Source: Anaerolineales bacterium
GTDB lineage: Bacteria > Chloroflexota > Anaerolineae > Anaerolineales > RBG-16-64-43
Direction of reading: 5' to 3'
Assembly: GCA_016932475.1 (NCBI GenBank)
Contig: JAFGCU010000121.1
Location: forward strand, 1,474 to 65,473
DNA: 64,000 nucleotides
Shown here: positions 18,228 through 32,823 of the stretch, one piece after another
How positions within the stretch are numbered: the first letter of the stretch is position 1
Layout of the letters: each line of letters opens with the position of its first letter
The notes under the pieces: model-generated
Databases searched by the model: none
Seen by the model: only the letters and a program-made list of their open reading frames with translations
What the model was told of the DNA's origin: nothing
Translations under genes and position numbers: made by a program

Positions 18228-19442
18228 ATGAACCTCAGCCGTCTTGCCGCATCCATCGCCGAATCGCCGACGCTGAAGCTGAATGCGCTGGCCAAATCCA
18301 TGCAGGCCCAGGGAATACCCGTCATCCACCTGGGCGGCGGCGAACCGAAGAACAAGGCGCCGCGCAGCGCCGTGGAAGCGGCCTCGGCCTACCTTGCCGC
18401 CGGAGACATTAAATACACGCCCTCGGCCGGTTCACTCTCCCTGCGCAAGGCCGCCGCCGAATACACGGAAAATAATTACGGCCGCAAGGCCGCGGTCGAG
18501 AACATCATCATTTCCTCCGGCGCGAAGCAGACTCTGTATAACCTGCTGTTCACGCTGCTGGATCCCGGCGACGAAGTGATCGTCCCCGCGCCGTTCTGGG
18601 TCTCCTACCCGGAGATGGTCCGCATGACGGGCGGCGTGCCGGTCGTCGTGCCCTCCTCCCCCGAAACGCACATCCCGCGCGCGGAGGATCTGCTGGGAGC
18701 CGTGACCGCGCGGACCAAAGCGATTCTGCTAAACAGCCCAAACAACCCCTCCGGCGCGCTGTATCCGGCGGAGCTGATGGAGGAAATCGTCCGCTTCTGC
18801 GAGCGCAAGGAAATCTGGCTCATCGCAGACGACATTTACCACAAGCTGGTGTTCGACGGCCTGCGGGCCCCCAACCCCTGCGCCTTCACCGGCCGCGGCG
18901 TGGAAGAAAGCCGCCTGATCATCCTCAACGCCGTGTCGAAAATCTACGGCATGACCGGCTTCCGGATAGGCTGGGCGGTCGCGCCCAAGGCGGTCATCGC
19001 GGTCATGAACAACATCCAGGCGGCGACCACCTCCTGCAATTCCGGCGTGCTGATGGCGGCAGCGGAAGCCGCGCTGAAGGGGCCCCAGGAGGGCGTGGGC
19101 GAACTGGTATCGCTCCTGGAAACCAATCGCAACGCGATCCTTGCTTCCCTCGCGGAGATTCCGGGCGTCCGGGTCGTCAAACCGCACGGCACCTTTTACT
19201 GCCTGCCGGATTTTTCCGCGTTCGGGAAGGATTCGCTGACCCTATGCAGCTTCCTTCTGGAGAAGGCGTCCGTGGTTACCGTCCCCGGCAGGGAATTCGG
19301 CGCGGAGAATCACCTGCGCCTTTCCTACTGCGGCTCTCGCGCGGACGTGGTCGAAGGAGTCGCCCGCATCCGCTGGGCGCTGGATCCCGCGTCGCCGAAG
19401 GAAATCCGCATCGGCGATAAAACCGCCGTGCGGGATTGGTAA
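18228..19442 (+). CDS. Class I/II pyridoxal-phosphate aminotransferase (aspartate aminotransferase-like)
   Basis: I start at MNLSRLAASIAESPTLKLNALA (ATG 18228, GGGAG upstream). Motifs IHLGGGEP, NSPNNPSG and the PLP-lysine region SKIYGMTGFRIGW. Confidence 0.9.
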   Translation: MNLSRLAASIAESPTLKLNALAKSMQAQGIPVIHLGGGEPKNKAPRSAVEAASAYLAAGDIKYTPSAGSLSLRKAAAEYTENNYGRKAAVENIIISSGAKQTLYNLLFTLLDPGDEVIVPAPFWVSYPEMVRMTGGVPVVVPSSPETHIPRAEDLLGAVTARTKAILLNSPNNPSGALYPAELMEEIVRFCERKEIWLIADDIYHKLVFDGLRAPNPCAFTGRGVEESRLIILNAVSKIYGMTGFRIGWAVAPKAVIAVMNNIQAATTSCNSGVLMAAAEAALKGPQEGVGELVSLLETNRNAILASLAEIPGVRVVKPHGTFYCLPDFSAFGKDSLTLCSFLLEKASVVTVPGREFGAENHLRLSYCGSRADVVEGVARIRWALDPASPKEIRIGDKTAVRDW

Positions 19443-19471
19443 AGCGGAATCCGCGAAGGGCGCCCAGAGCC

Positions 19472-19529
19472 CCCTCGCCCTCTTATCCCTCTTCCGGCGT
19501 GCGCCGGGAGAGGGATAAGAGGGCGAGGG
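19472..19529. repeat. Long near-perfect hairpin (about 26-28 bp stem) just after the aminotransferase stop
   Basis: CCCTCGCCCTCTTATCCCTCTTCCGGCG / CGCCGGGAGAGGGATAAGAGGGCGAGGG, with one mismatch and no trailing U-run. Confidence 0.8.
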
Positions 19530-19714
19530 AGAAGCGGAACGGGGCGCATCGTATTGGCGGTGGAGCAAAGATTTTTACCACAAGACCGTTTTTTTCAGCA
19601 TTTTTTTCGCGCTGTATCTTGTGTTCGGGAAAAATCCTTCGCGCCCTTCGTGCTCCCCGGCCTACCCCAACCGGGGCAGGCTTCGTGGATCAACCATTTT
19701 CCCCGGGAGACGCC

Positions 19715-20815
19715 GTGAACATCCCGCCGCCGGACATCAACTCCAAAAAACTCCGCACCCCGGTCCGCCGCGAGCAGGCGCCGCAGCACCTCCTCTTCAC
19801 GCTGATCGCGTTCGCGGCTTCCATCACGCTGACCCGGCTGTTCCTCCAGCTGACAGGCTTCCCCAAACTCGGAACCGGGAACCTGCATATCGCGCATGTG
19901 CTGTGGGGCGGATTGCTGCTGTTTCTCGCCTCCCTGCTCCCGATCCTCCTGGTCAACCGCTGGGCGCTCTCCGTAAGTGCGATCCTGGCCGGCGCAGGCG
20001 CCGGGCTTTTCCTCGACGAGGTCGGCAAATTCATCACCAGCACCAATGATTATTTTTATCCGCCGGCGGCGCCGATCGTCTATATTTTTTTCCTCCTGAC
20101 CGTGTGGGTGTACACCCAATTCAACCGGCCGCCGGCGCGTGATCCGCGCGCTTCGTTCTACCGCGTGTTGGAGGGGCTGGAAGAAGTCCTGGATCAGGAT
20201 CTGGACGACTCTGAACGGTCGGACCTGGCGGCCCGTCTGCGCGTGATCAACGGGCAGGAGCGGGATCCCGCGCTCGTCCGCCTGGCCGGGGCGCTCCTGA
20301 CATTCCTCGAAAGCGAGAGTGTGATCCTCGCCCCCCGGCGGCCGTCACTCCTGCGCCGGATCCGGGCATCCTTTGAGGAACTCGAATCCCGGCGTTTGTC
20401 ACGCAACGAATTGCGGATCATCCTAGCGGGGGGATTGGCCGCGCTCGGAGGGATACAGGTCGTCGGGTTAATCCGGCTGGTGGCGGCGCTTCCCGCGCCC
20501 GAGCGGCTGGGCGCCATCCTGACCGGGTGGATTTTGGAAAGCCACGTTTCGAGCCTTACGGCATTGTATTGGTATTCGGCCCGGCTGGCGCTCGAAGCCT
20601 CCGTCGGGCTGGTGCTGATCCTGTCCGGTGTGTTATTAATTCTGCAGAAGCGAAAGCTGGGGATATCGCTGGGGGTGATCGGCCTGATGATTTCGATCGT
20701 CGCGGTCAATCCGCTGGTGTTTTATTTCGACCAATTTTCCACAATTCTTCCGGCGGCGATTCATTTTCTTTGGCTGCTGCTCCTGCTCCATTATCAAAGG
20801 AAATACGGCGCCTGA
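19715..20815 (+). CDS. Polytopic membrane protein, unknown function
   Basis: Hydrophobic helices begin at LLFTLIAFAASITLTRLF. A charged central segment is followed by more TM helices. I propose a GTG start at 19715 with GGGAGA 4 nt upstream, because the track start at 19436 reads through the hairpin element. Confidence 0.6.
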   Translation: MNIPPPDINSKKLRTPVRREQAPQHLLFTLIAFAASITLTRLFLQLTGFPKLGTGNLHIAHVLWGGLLLFLASLLPILLVNRWALSVSAILAGAGAGLFLDEVGKFITSTNDYFYPPAAPIVYIFFLLTVWVYTQFNRPPARDPRASFYRVLEGLEEVLDQDLDDSERSDLAARLRVINGQERDPALVRLAGALLTFLESESVILAPRRPSLLRRIRASFEELESRRLSRNELRIILAGGLAALGGIQVVGLIRLVAALPAPERLGAILTGWILESHVSSLTALYWYSARLALEASVGLVLILSGVLLILQKRKLGISLGVIGLMISIVAVNPLVFYFDQFSTILPAAIHFLWLLLLLHYQRKYGA

Positions 20816-20920
20816 CCAGCACCCTCGCTCCGCAGAGGGCATACCATCGATGCGGGATCACCGGCCGGATCGGGTTCCCTCATTGTTGCGGTGAGGAGAA
20901 TCCACGGAGGACGCGGGGAA

Positions 20921-23323
20921 TCACGGAGATTGAATTGGATTTGCTCCGCGGTCCTCCGTGTCCTCCGCGGATATTGTTTTTTGCGCCGATCCACGGCGCG
21001 CGGGACGCAACCGGACCGTCCGAAGCGCCCGCAGTTTTTTCTTCCACCAGTTCCACCAAAGCCGGCGGTCCACTCCGGGCCAATTCCGGATGACCTGCTT
21101 CCGGTCCGCGCGGCTGATCTCCCGCCCGCTGTACAGTTGGCGGGAATAGACTTCCTCCATCAATCCCAGAGACGGTGCGCAGTCGGGATTTTTCCGGGCA
21201 AGCCGGTCCGTAAATTCGAACGGGGTGGTCCCCGGCGAAAGGCGGATGCCCTGGCGGGTGCCGTGCGCCTGCAGGCCGCGGTAGACCGCTCGCATCAGGC
21301 GCGCAGGCGGCATCATCCGGAACCGGAGAGGCGCCAGCAGGTTCCACACCAAGCCGATCAAGGGAATAGCCAGGAGGACGATCAGGGCCGGAAGCGCGCT
21401 GCGCCGCAGGAGCGGCGCCAGCCATTTCCATACCATCGCGGATTCAGATGCTTCCGGTTCCGGCAGTTCGGGATTGGCGGCGATCGTCTGCGCCGACGCC
21501 CGGCGGGGTATCTCCGCCATGACCGCGGTCGGCTCAAATTCCACCCAGCCGATTCCCGGGAAAAACAGTTCCGGCCAGGCGTGGGCATCGGATTCCAGCA
21601 CCGTGTATTTCCCCTGAACGGGGTCGAACGTACCGGCGGCGTACCCGATGGCGATCCGGGCGGGGATTCCCGCCGACCGGGCCAGGACCGTCATGGCGCT
21701 GGCGTAGTAATCGCAGAATCCTATCTTGGAAACGAAAAGGAAATAATCCACCACATCCTGATTGTAGGGCGGCGAGTCGATTTCCAGGGAGTAGCGCATC
21801 TCGCGGCGGAGATAATCCTCAATGGCGACCGCGCGGTCGTAGGGAGTCGGCGGGGTGGCGGTCAGATCGCGGGCCAGGGCGTGCACCCGTTCCGGAAGCA
21901 CGTTGGGAAGCTGCAGATAGCGGCGGCGGATCCAATCCGGGTAATCCGTTCCCGCGGCCCGCAGCGAGGCTTCATCCGCCTGGTAGTACACGGAATCCAA
22001 TTCGTAATCCGCGCCGGGGACGACGACCCCCATCACATCGAAGTTCGTGCGCGAGACGACGCGGAACAGCCGGTACACGGCGGCCAGTTCCCCCGCGTAG
22101 TACGCCGGGCCGAATCCAGGGCGGCTGACCGTCACCGTCTGGCGCAGGAGAACCCCCTTCGGGAGAATATCGAGCAGCCGCTCTCCGGATTGCAGCTCCC
22201 GCTCGTCGGTCGGGCTGGTCAGCCAGCCGCTGCCCGAGTAGATGTCGTAGGTCTGGGCCTTCCAATAATGATGCGGCGCGACGGGCTCGCGGACTCCCGG
22301 AAGGTAAACAAGCGCTTCGCCGGTCACGATCACGAGCGCCACCTCGCTGGAAAGGTCCGGTCCGCGGCCCAGGTGATGCGACCGGGGGAACACCTCGGCC
22401 TGCGCGGGATCCGCCCCGCCCGAATTCACCGGCTGGAGCCCGAAGGACTGGCCGACGGAGTTGCCGACCGCGGATTGCGGTTCGGATTGTTCGCGGATCC
22501 AGCGCTGGATATCGTCGATCGAGATCGAAGGAACGATATACGATACCGCGAGCAGGAGGCCGAGCACGGGGACCGCGGAAAATAAAAGATCCCAGCGGAT
22601 GCTCGTCGAATACCCCATATCCCGCCGCTCCCAATCCTGTTCCTTCTGACTCTGTTCGACGACCACCACCGCCAGGAACACCAACCCGATCATCAGGACG
22701 GCGTAATGCCAATCCCCGTTGACATAGGAAAAAACCACTCCGAGCAGGAGGAGCGCCGGGAGCAGCGCGGCCAGCGGTTTCCGCGCGGCGGCAAGAGCCC
22801 AGCCGGCAAAGGATCCGGCCAGGAACAGCAGCAGGCTCCAGAAGAAGGCGGACGCGACGGGATCGAAAAAATCGCCGCCGCGGACGAAGGATACCGCCCA
22901 GACCTGAAACCGCGTGATGACCGAGACCGACCCCTGGAGGATGCGGTACGCGTCCTCCATAAGGGGGCCGGTGGTAAATGCCGCATCGGCGTTCTGAGGG
23001 AGGAGGTGGAGCAGGAAGCGGGCCGCCGACCCGATGCCGCTTCGGATCGGAATATCCAGCCGGCCGATGACGAGGAAGAGAAAATCGATTCCGAGTGCGG
23101 CATCCAAAAACCCCGCCGCCGCGGCCGGGAGCGGAATGCGGCCGGTCATCCAGCCGATCGACAATCCGGCGAGGACCGCCGAGAGGAAGAGAGCCGAATC
23201 CGCGCGGAAGATCAGCGGGGCGATCCCGATCACCACCGCGCCGAGGACGGCCGCCATGATCGCGAACTGCACCAACTCGCGCCGGTCCAGCCGCCGGAGG
23301 ATCCGCCCGCCCAATGCGCTCAT
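20921..23323 (-). CDS. Transglutaminase-like domain membrane protein (DUF3488/TgpA-like)
   Basis: N-terminal multi-TM region. The core has GFCDYYASAMTVLARSAGIPAR...SDAHAWPE...GWVEFEPT, a Cys-His-Asp type. I start at MSALGG (ATG 23323), which forms an ATGA overlap with the DUF58 gene stop. Confidence 0.88.
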   Translation of the reverse strand: MSALGGRILRRLDRRELVQFAIMAAVLGAVVIGIAPLIFRADSALFLSAVLAGLSIGWMTGRIPLPAAAAGFLDAALGIDFLFLVIGRLDIPIRSGIGSAARFLLHLLPQNADAAFTTGPLMEDAYRILQGSVSVITRFQVWAVSFVRGGDFFDPVASAFFWSLLLFLAGSFAGWALAAARKPLAALLPALLLLGVVFSYVNGDWHYAVLMIGLVFLAVVVVEQSQKEQDWERRDMGYSTSIRWDLLFSAVPVLGLLLAVSYIVPSISIDDIQRWIREQSEPQSAVGNSVGQSFGLQPVNSGGADPAQAEVFPRSHHLGRGPDLSSEVALVIVTGEALVYLPGVREPVAPHHYWKAQTYDIYSGSGWLTSPTDERELQSGERLLDILPKGVLLRQTVTVSRPGFGPAYYAGELAAVYRLFRVVSRTNFDVMGVVVPGADYELDSVYYQADEASLRAAGTDYPDWIRRRYLQLPNVLPERVHALARDLTATPPTPYDRAVAIEDYLRREMRYSLEIDSPPYNQDVVDYFLFVSKIGFCDYYASAMTVLARSAGIPARIAIGYAAGTFDPVQGKYTVLESDAHAWPELFFPGIGWVEFEPTAVMAEIPRRASAQTIAANPELPEPEASESAMVWKWLAPLLRRSALPALIVLLAIPLIGLVWNLLAPLRFRMMPPARLMRAVYRGLQAHGTRQGIRLSPGTTPFEFTDRLARKNPDCAPSLGLMEEVYSRQLYSGREISRADRKQVIRNWPGVDRRLWWNWWKKKLRALRTVRLRPARRGSAQKTISAEDTEDRGANPIQSP

Positions 23324-24615
23324 GAGAGCGCCTTCCACGACAGGTCGGCCGTTTCGGTGATGATCGCCCTGCCGCGCGGGGTGACCTTCCATTTAATCCC
23401 GCCCGGAACGCCGGGGCGCATTTCCGGCCGATCCAGCAGGTCGCGGGTGAAGACGTACTGCGCAATGCCGCAATCCGTCAGCCGGGCGGAGAGGTTCGCG
23501 GGATCCCCTTTTCCGCCGTAGGAAACCGGATCCAGAAGCAGCACGGTCGGCTGGATGCCGCGCCGCATTAAGAACAGCAGTGATTCGAGCCAGCGTCCAT
23601 CCACCTCGGGGGTTATCAGGATCAGGCTCGAGCGCGCGCTCTCGCGCGGATTCAACTGGCGGAGCAGGTCCCCGAGCGGGCGATCGGCGGGCGTGATCAT
23701 CGCCAGCGCGCGCAGGATTTCCCACAACTGGGTATCGCCTGCGCGGGGCGGGATCCAGAACAGGTCCCGCTCCCCCTGGCCCACCATGCCCACCGCCCGT
23801 CCTTCGGAGATGCCGCGATTGGCGAGCGATGCGGCCAGCACGACGGCGTGTTCCTCGGTGGAGTTCTCGCCCTGCCCGGCCTGGCACGGCCGGTCCATAT
23901 CGATGAAGATCCACCAATCGCCGACCGGCATCCCGTCGAAGAGGCGGACGTGCAACGAGCCTTTGCGGGCCGAGGTGGGCCAGTGAATCCAGCGTAGGGA
24001 GTCGCCCGGAATGTAATCGCGGACGCCGGCGGCGTCCACGGTCCGTTCCGGCGCGCCGGTGCGAGTCCGCCCGTCGCCGGCCCTCCCGCCCGGGGCGATC
24101 TCGATCGCCGGAAGCGGGACGACCGGGGGCATGACCGCCATCATCGCGGAGGAGGGGTAATCTTTTTCGATGCGGAAGATGCCGAAAGGATCCTGGGCGA
24201 TGATCGTGGTCGGTCCGAGCATGAACAGCCCGCGGCGCAGGCACAGACCCTTCGTCTGCCAGTGGGTTTCGGAGAGCCGATCCACGCCGCCGATGCGGCT
24301 CGGGTCGTAGGAGGGCATCGAGGACCGGTCCTGGACCTCAACCCAGATCGCCGGTGCCCAGCCGTCGTTGGTCAGGGTGAACCGCTCCTCCACCAGATCC
24401 CCGACGTGGGCCCAGCCGAAACGGACTTCGCGCTGGAGGGAGAGGTTCCGGGCGAGCGACCGGGCCCAAATCCAGCCGGCGAGCCAGATCCCCCCCAGGC
24501 CGATGAGCAGCACCGCCCAGACCCGGTCGGGCGCGAGGATCTGGAGCAGCAACAGGCCCGCGGCGAGGATGGGCAGGAACGGGATGCGCGAATGCAACCG
24601 GACCGGTCGGTTCAT
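23320..24615 (-). CDS. DUF58 domain protein
   Basis: Signature VRDYIPGDSLRWIHWPTSARKGSLHVRLFD, with two N-terminal TM helices. The start is either ATG 24615 (MNRPV) or TTG 24648. Confidence 0.85.
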   Translation of the reverse strand: MNRPVRLHSRIPFLPILAAGLLLLQILAPDRVWAVLLIGLGGIWLAGWIWARSLARNLSLQREVRFGWAHVGDLVEERFTLTNDGWAPAIWVEVQDRSSMPSYDPSRIGGVDRLSETHWQTKGLCLRRGLFMLGPTTIIAQDPFGIFRIEKDYPSSAMMAVMPPVVPLPAIEIAPGGRAGDGRTRTGAPERTVDAAGVRDYIPGDSLRWIHWPTSARKGSLHVRLFDGMPVGDWWIFIDMDRPCQAGQGENSTEEHAVVLAASLANRGISEGRAVGMVGQGERDLFWIPPRAGDTQLWEILRALAMITPADRPLGDLLRQLNPRESARSSLILITPEVDGRWLESLLFLMRRGIQPTVLLLDPVSYGGKGDPANLSARLTDCGIAQYVFTRDLLDRPEMRPGVPGGIKWKVTPRGRAIITETADLSWKALS

Positions 24616-24687
24616 GAGATTATTGTAATCCGGCGGGCTTTGAACCAAACATACTTCTATGGCGATTCACAGGAAGTCCGCGCCCCT

Positions 24688-24802
24688 GTCCTAACCCCCT
24701 CTCCCCCAACCCCTCTCCCCCTTCCCCTTACGGGGAAGGGGGAGAGGGGAGTCTGAGACCTGGAGTTCTTCCAGGTCGAAGATGGGGTGAGGGGGTTAGG
24801 AC
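24688..24802. repeat. 115-bp MITE-like nested palindromic element, copy A
   Basis: Terminal inverted repeats GTCCTAACCCCCTC / GAGGGGGTTAGGAC. Inner hairpin CCCCTCTCCCCCTTCCCC-TTAC-GGGGAAGGGGGAGAGGGG (24710-24749). Confidence 0.8.
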
Positions 24803-25225
24803 AACTGCACAGGAAGGAGAGAACGCCATTGACCTGGTGATCTTCAGACAGAAGGCGGGGCGAGGAGGTTGGGATAGTTAAGAGAGGAGGGGGCCTCCTC
24901 CTTTTTCCACCCCTGTTTGCGAGCATAATCCTCACTCGAACGTTTCCATTCCGAAAAGCAAACAGGGGAGGTTTGGAGGGGGTTCGCCGGTATAATTCCC
25001 TCCCGGGACGACGCGGAAATTCTGGGGTCCGCCGACTGAGCTCGGGCGGGGAAGCGGATGCCAAGTCCGTCCCAATATTGCAGCACTCGGTACCGTTCGA
25101 TCATGTCAACAGATTAACGTCCGCGCCAGTCCACAGGGAGTTCCCCCGATCCCCGTGCATTCCCGCCCGCCGATACGTGGTTGCGCCAATCCAGTCCGAC
25201 CATCTTTTTCACCCGGAGCGGGAGC

Positions 25226-28426
<3,201 letters not shown>

Positions 28427-28613
28427 GATCTTTCTCCAAAATGGAGGGCGGCCGCTCCGCGTGCTCTTGACCTGAAATTTTTCTCGCCCCGCAGGGGCAT
28501 TGTGTACCAGCGCAGGGATTTATCCCCGCGCGATCTGGATAGCGGTCCCTTTTCCCGTTTCCCTCGCCAAGATGGGGAGGGCCGGGGAGGGGTAAAAAAA
28601 ACGAAGGGAAAAA

Positions 28614-29576
28614 ATGAAGCGCTTTCCGCCCTGGCTTACCCTGTTGATTCTCGCCCCGCTGCTGGGAGAGATCGTCTCCGGCCACCAGCCGCCGATCGAA
28701 CTGTGCAAACCGCTCAGCGTGGCGCTCCTGATGCTGCCGTACGGATTCGGCGCGCTCCTCTGCCGCGAACTCGTCCGCCGCTGGAAGAAGGGATGGCTGA
28801 GCCTGCTGCTGCTGGCCGTCGCCTACGGCGTGTACGAGGAAGCGATCGTGGTGCGCTCGTTCTTCGATCCGAATTGGAGTGAATTGGAGATCCTGAAGCA
28901 ATACTACGCCTTCGGCGTTAATTGGACCTGGTCCGAGACGATGGTTCATTTTCACGTGCTCATCAGCGTCGCGGCCGGGATCATGCTGGCGGAGATGATC
29001 CACTCCGACCGCAGGGCGGAACCCTGGCTGGGCCAGAAAGGATTGATCGCAACCATCATCGGGTTGGCCTTGTGGGTGCCCGCCGGATGGCTTATGAGCC
29101 AGTACATTCCGCCGTGGCCGTTGTACATCTTGGCGTGGGTCGCGATCACAGGATTGATCCTCGCGGCGCGCTTCCTGCCGGCGGGTTTTCCCGCGCCGGT
29201 CAAAAAGAATCCTCCGCATCCCATATTTTTTTTCCTGCTCGGGTTCGTTAACATGACGGTGTTTTTTGTGTCGGTCTTCATGCTCCCGGAGTACTGGGCG
29301 CCGCCGCTCTGGCTCGCCGCCGGCGGGCTTGTCCTTCTGGACGCGGCGACCCTGTGGCTGCTGCTCATCTGGGCGGGGAACGGCGGGGCTTGGGCGGACC
29401 GCCACCGGCTGGCGTGGGTCGCGGGCGGGTTGGGCTTCTTCATCCTGTTCAATTTCGGCAGCGATCTGGATGAGGGATTCGCCGGGCGAAGCTTCGTCAG
29501 CATCATCGCGATTTTCGAGCTGATCTTCCTCTGGATTCTGGTAAAACGCCGACCGCAGCCGGAGGCCGCCGCATAA
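28614..29576 (+). CDS. Polytopic membrane protein, unknown function
   Basis: 320 aa with about 8 hydrophobic helices and coding-like codon usage. No motif recognised. Confidence 0.65.
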   Translation: MKRFPPWLTLLILAPLLGEIVSGHQPPIELCKPLSVALLMLPYGFGALLCRELVRRWKKGWLSLLLLAVAYGVYEEAIVVRSFFDPNWSELEILKQYYAFGVNWTWSETMVHFHVLISVAAGIMLAEMIHSDRRAEPWLGQKGLIATIIGLALWVPAGWLMSQYIPPWPLYILAWVAITGLILAARFLPAGFPAPVKKNPPHPIFFFLLGFVNMTVFFVSVFMLPEYWAPPLWLAAGGLVLLDAATLWLLLIWAGNGGAWADRHRLAWVAGGLGFFILFNFGSDLDEGFAGRSFVSIIAIFELIFLWILVKRRPQPEAAA

Positions 29577-31154
<1,578 letters not shown>

Positions 31155-31171
31155 GAGCATCCATTCCCGCA

Positions 31172-31819
31172 ATGACCGCGCCCTCCGAACCCGGCATCCC
31201 CATCGTCAACGTCGGCTACCGCTCCACCAATTACTGGGTGATCGGCGCCCGGAGGTCGCGGATGCTTTTCGACCTCGGCTGGCCGGGGACGATGGGCGCG
31301 ATGTTGGCGAGCCTGCGGCGGATGAGCGTCCCGTTGGCGGAAATCCGCTTCGGGCTCGCCTCGCACTATCATATCGATCACGTCGGCCTGGCTCAGGAAC
31401 TCCGGCAGGCCGGGGTCCGCCTGCTCGTCATGGAAACGCAGATCCATGCGATCCTGCAGATGACAAGATACACAAAACCCCGCGATCATTACACGGAGAT
31501 CACCACCGACGATCTGGAACCGGTCTGTTTCGGCGAGAGCCGCGCCCTCCTGAAGGAGATCGGCATCGGCGGGGAAATACTGTCGACGCCGGGGCATTCC
31601 GACGACAGCGTCTCGCTCCTCCTGGATGACGGCTCCGTCTTCACCGGCGACCTGCCGCCGGAGGAAATCCCGGAGGGGGGCACCCCGGAGCTGGTCCTCG
31701 CCAGCTGGCGGATGCTGCACGAGCGCGGCGCCCGGCGGGTGTATCCGGCGCACGGCCCCGTGCGGCTGATGAGCAGCCCTTCCTCTTACCCCACCCCGCT
31801 GCCTGAAGTCCACCCGTAA
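31172..31819 (+). CDS. MBL-fold metallo-hydrolase
   Basis: HxHxDH motif SHYHIDHVG, and a later TPGHSDDS. Confidence 0.8.
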   Translation: MTAPSEPGIPIVNVGYRSTNYWVIGARRSRMLFDLGWPGTMGAMLASLRRMSVPLAEIRFGLASHYHIDHVGLAQELRQAGVRLLVMETQIHAILQMTRYTKPRDHYTEITTDDLEPVCFGESRALLKEIGIGGEILSTPGHSDDSVSLLLDDGSVFTGDLPPEEIPEGGTPELVLASWRMLHERGARRVYPAHGPVRLMSSPSSYPTPLPEVHP

Positions 31820-32232
31820 TCGACCATCAATAGGCCCCGTTCGGAACCGCCTATTCCGATGAATCACAAATAGAATATCAGCAATCTTCGCGGGAATGAA
31901 AGGGATATTATGCGCCCATTGGAATGGATGACGATTATTCTCATACTGGTGTCTTGGGCCGCCCTTGTCATTCCCGCGAAGAAACCTTGCTGCAACTATC
32001 CCAGCGCCAGATCCGGGGGCTTTGGGATGCTGCATCTGGAAGGTTCCCCCCAACCCTTAGGGTTGGCAAAGGTTCCCTCCACCCGTAGATGACATTTTTT
32101 CCCCGAATCAAAATTCCTGCAATCGGTCGATCGGGAACGCTGATACAATCGGCCGGAGAAGACTTTCCGGCCGATTTTCATTTCACCGTGGAAAGCCCCG
32201 GCCGCATCCCGTGGATTTTTCGGAGGCGTGCG

Positions 32233-32781
32233 ATGCAGGATGAATTCATAGCGCATTTCGGATGGATCGCCGGTACGCTTGACCAGCCGCTTGAGAATTT
32301 TTTCGCCAAAGATTCCAAAGAATTCTCCATCCTCTCCGAACTTAAGAACGGCTGGGGAAAACGAGATACGATCGGGCTGCTCTCGGAGCTCACGGCCAAT
32401 TACGGGGATGCGGCCGGCGCGGCGGTGGAAAAATTCCTGGCGCTCCACATCGCCCGGGATTGGAAAATCCTCGGCGAAAAGGAAGCGCATCCGGGGACGG
32501 AGATCGACGATTTTATCCGCGTGCTTTGGAAGCCGCTTAAGGAAAGCGGCGATTTTGACTTCACCATCGAAAAGGCCGCCGGCCGGACCGTGTTCTGCGT
32601 CACCCGCTGCCCGATACACGAACTGGCCCGGAAGACGGGCTTACCGCAGTGGCTGTATCATCTGGCGTGCGCAACCGATTTCTACACCACGCCCGCCTTC
32701 AGCCCCAAAATCGGATTTTCCCGGACAAAAACCCTCATCCAGAATGATGAGCCCTGCAATCATACGTATGAGTATAGATAG
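32233..32781 (+). CDS. L-2-amino-thiazoline-4-carboxylic acid hydrolase-like protein
   Basis: I start at MQDEFIAHF (GGAGG 6 nt upstream). The C-terminus FCVTRCPIHELARKTGLPQWLYHLACATDF...NDEPCNHTYEY matches my memory of this Cys-rich family. Moderate certainty. Confidence 0.6.
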   Translation: MQDEFIAHFGWIAGTLDQPLENFFAKDSKEFSILSELKNGWGKRDTIGLLSELTANYGDAAGAAVEKFLALHIARDWKILGEKEAHPGTEIDDFIRVLWKPLKESGDFDFTIEKAAGRTVFCVTRCPIHELARKTGLPQWLYHLACATDFYTTPAFSPKIGFSRTKTLIQNDEPCNHTYEYR

Positions 32782-32823
32782 CGAAAACCCGCGTCCGGAA
32801 CCTGCCCCGCCTGGAGAAGCGCA

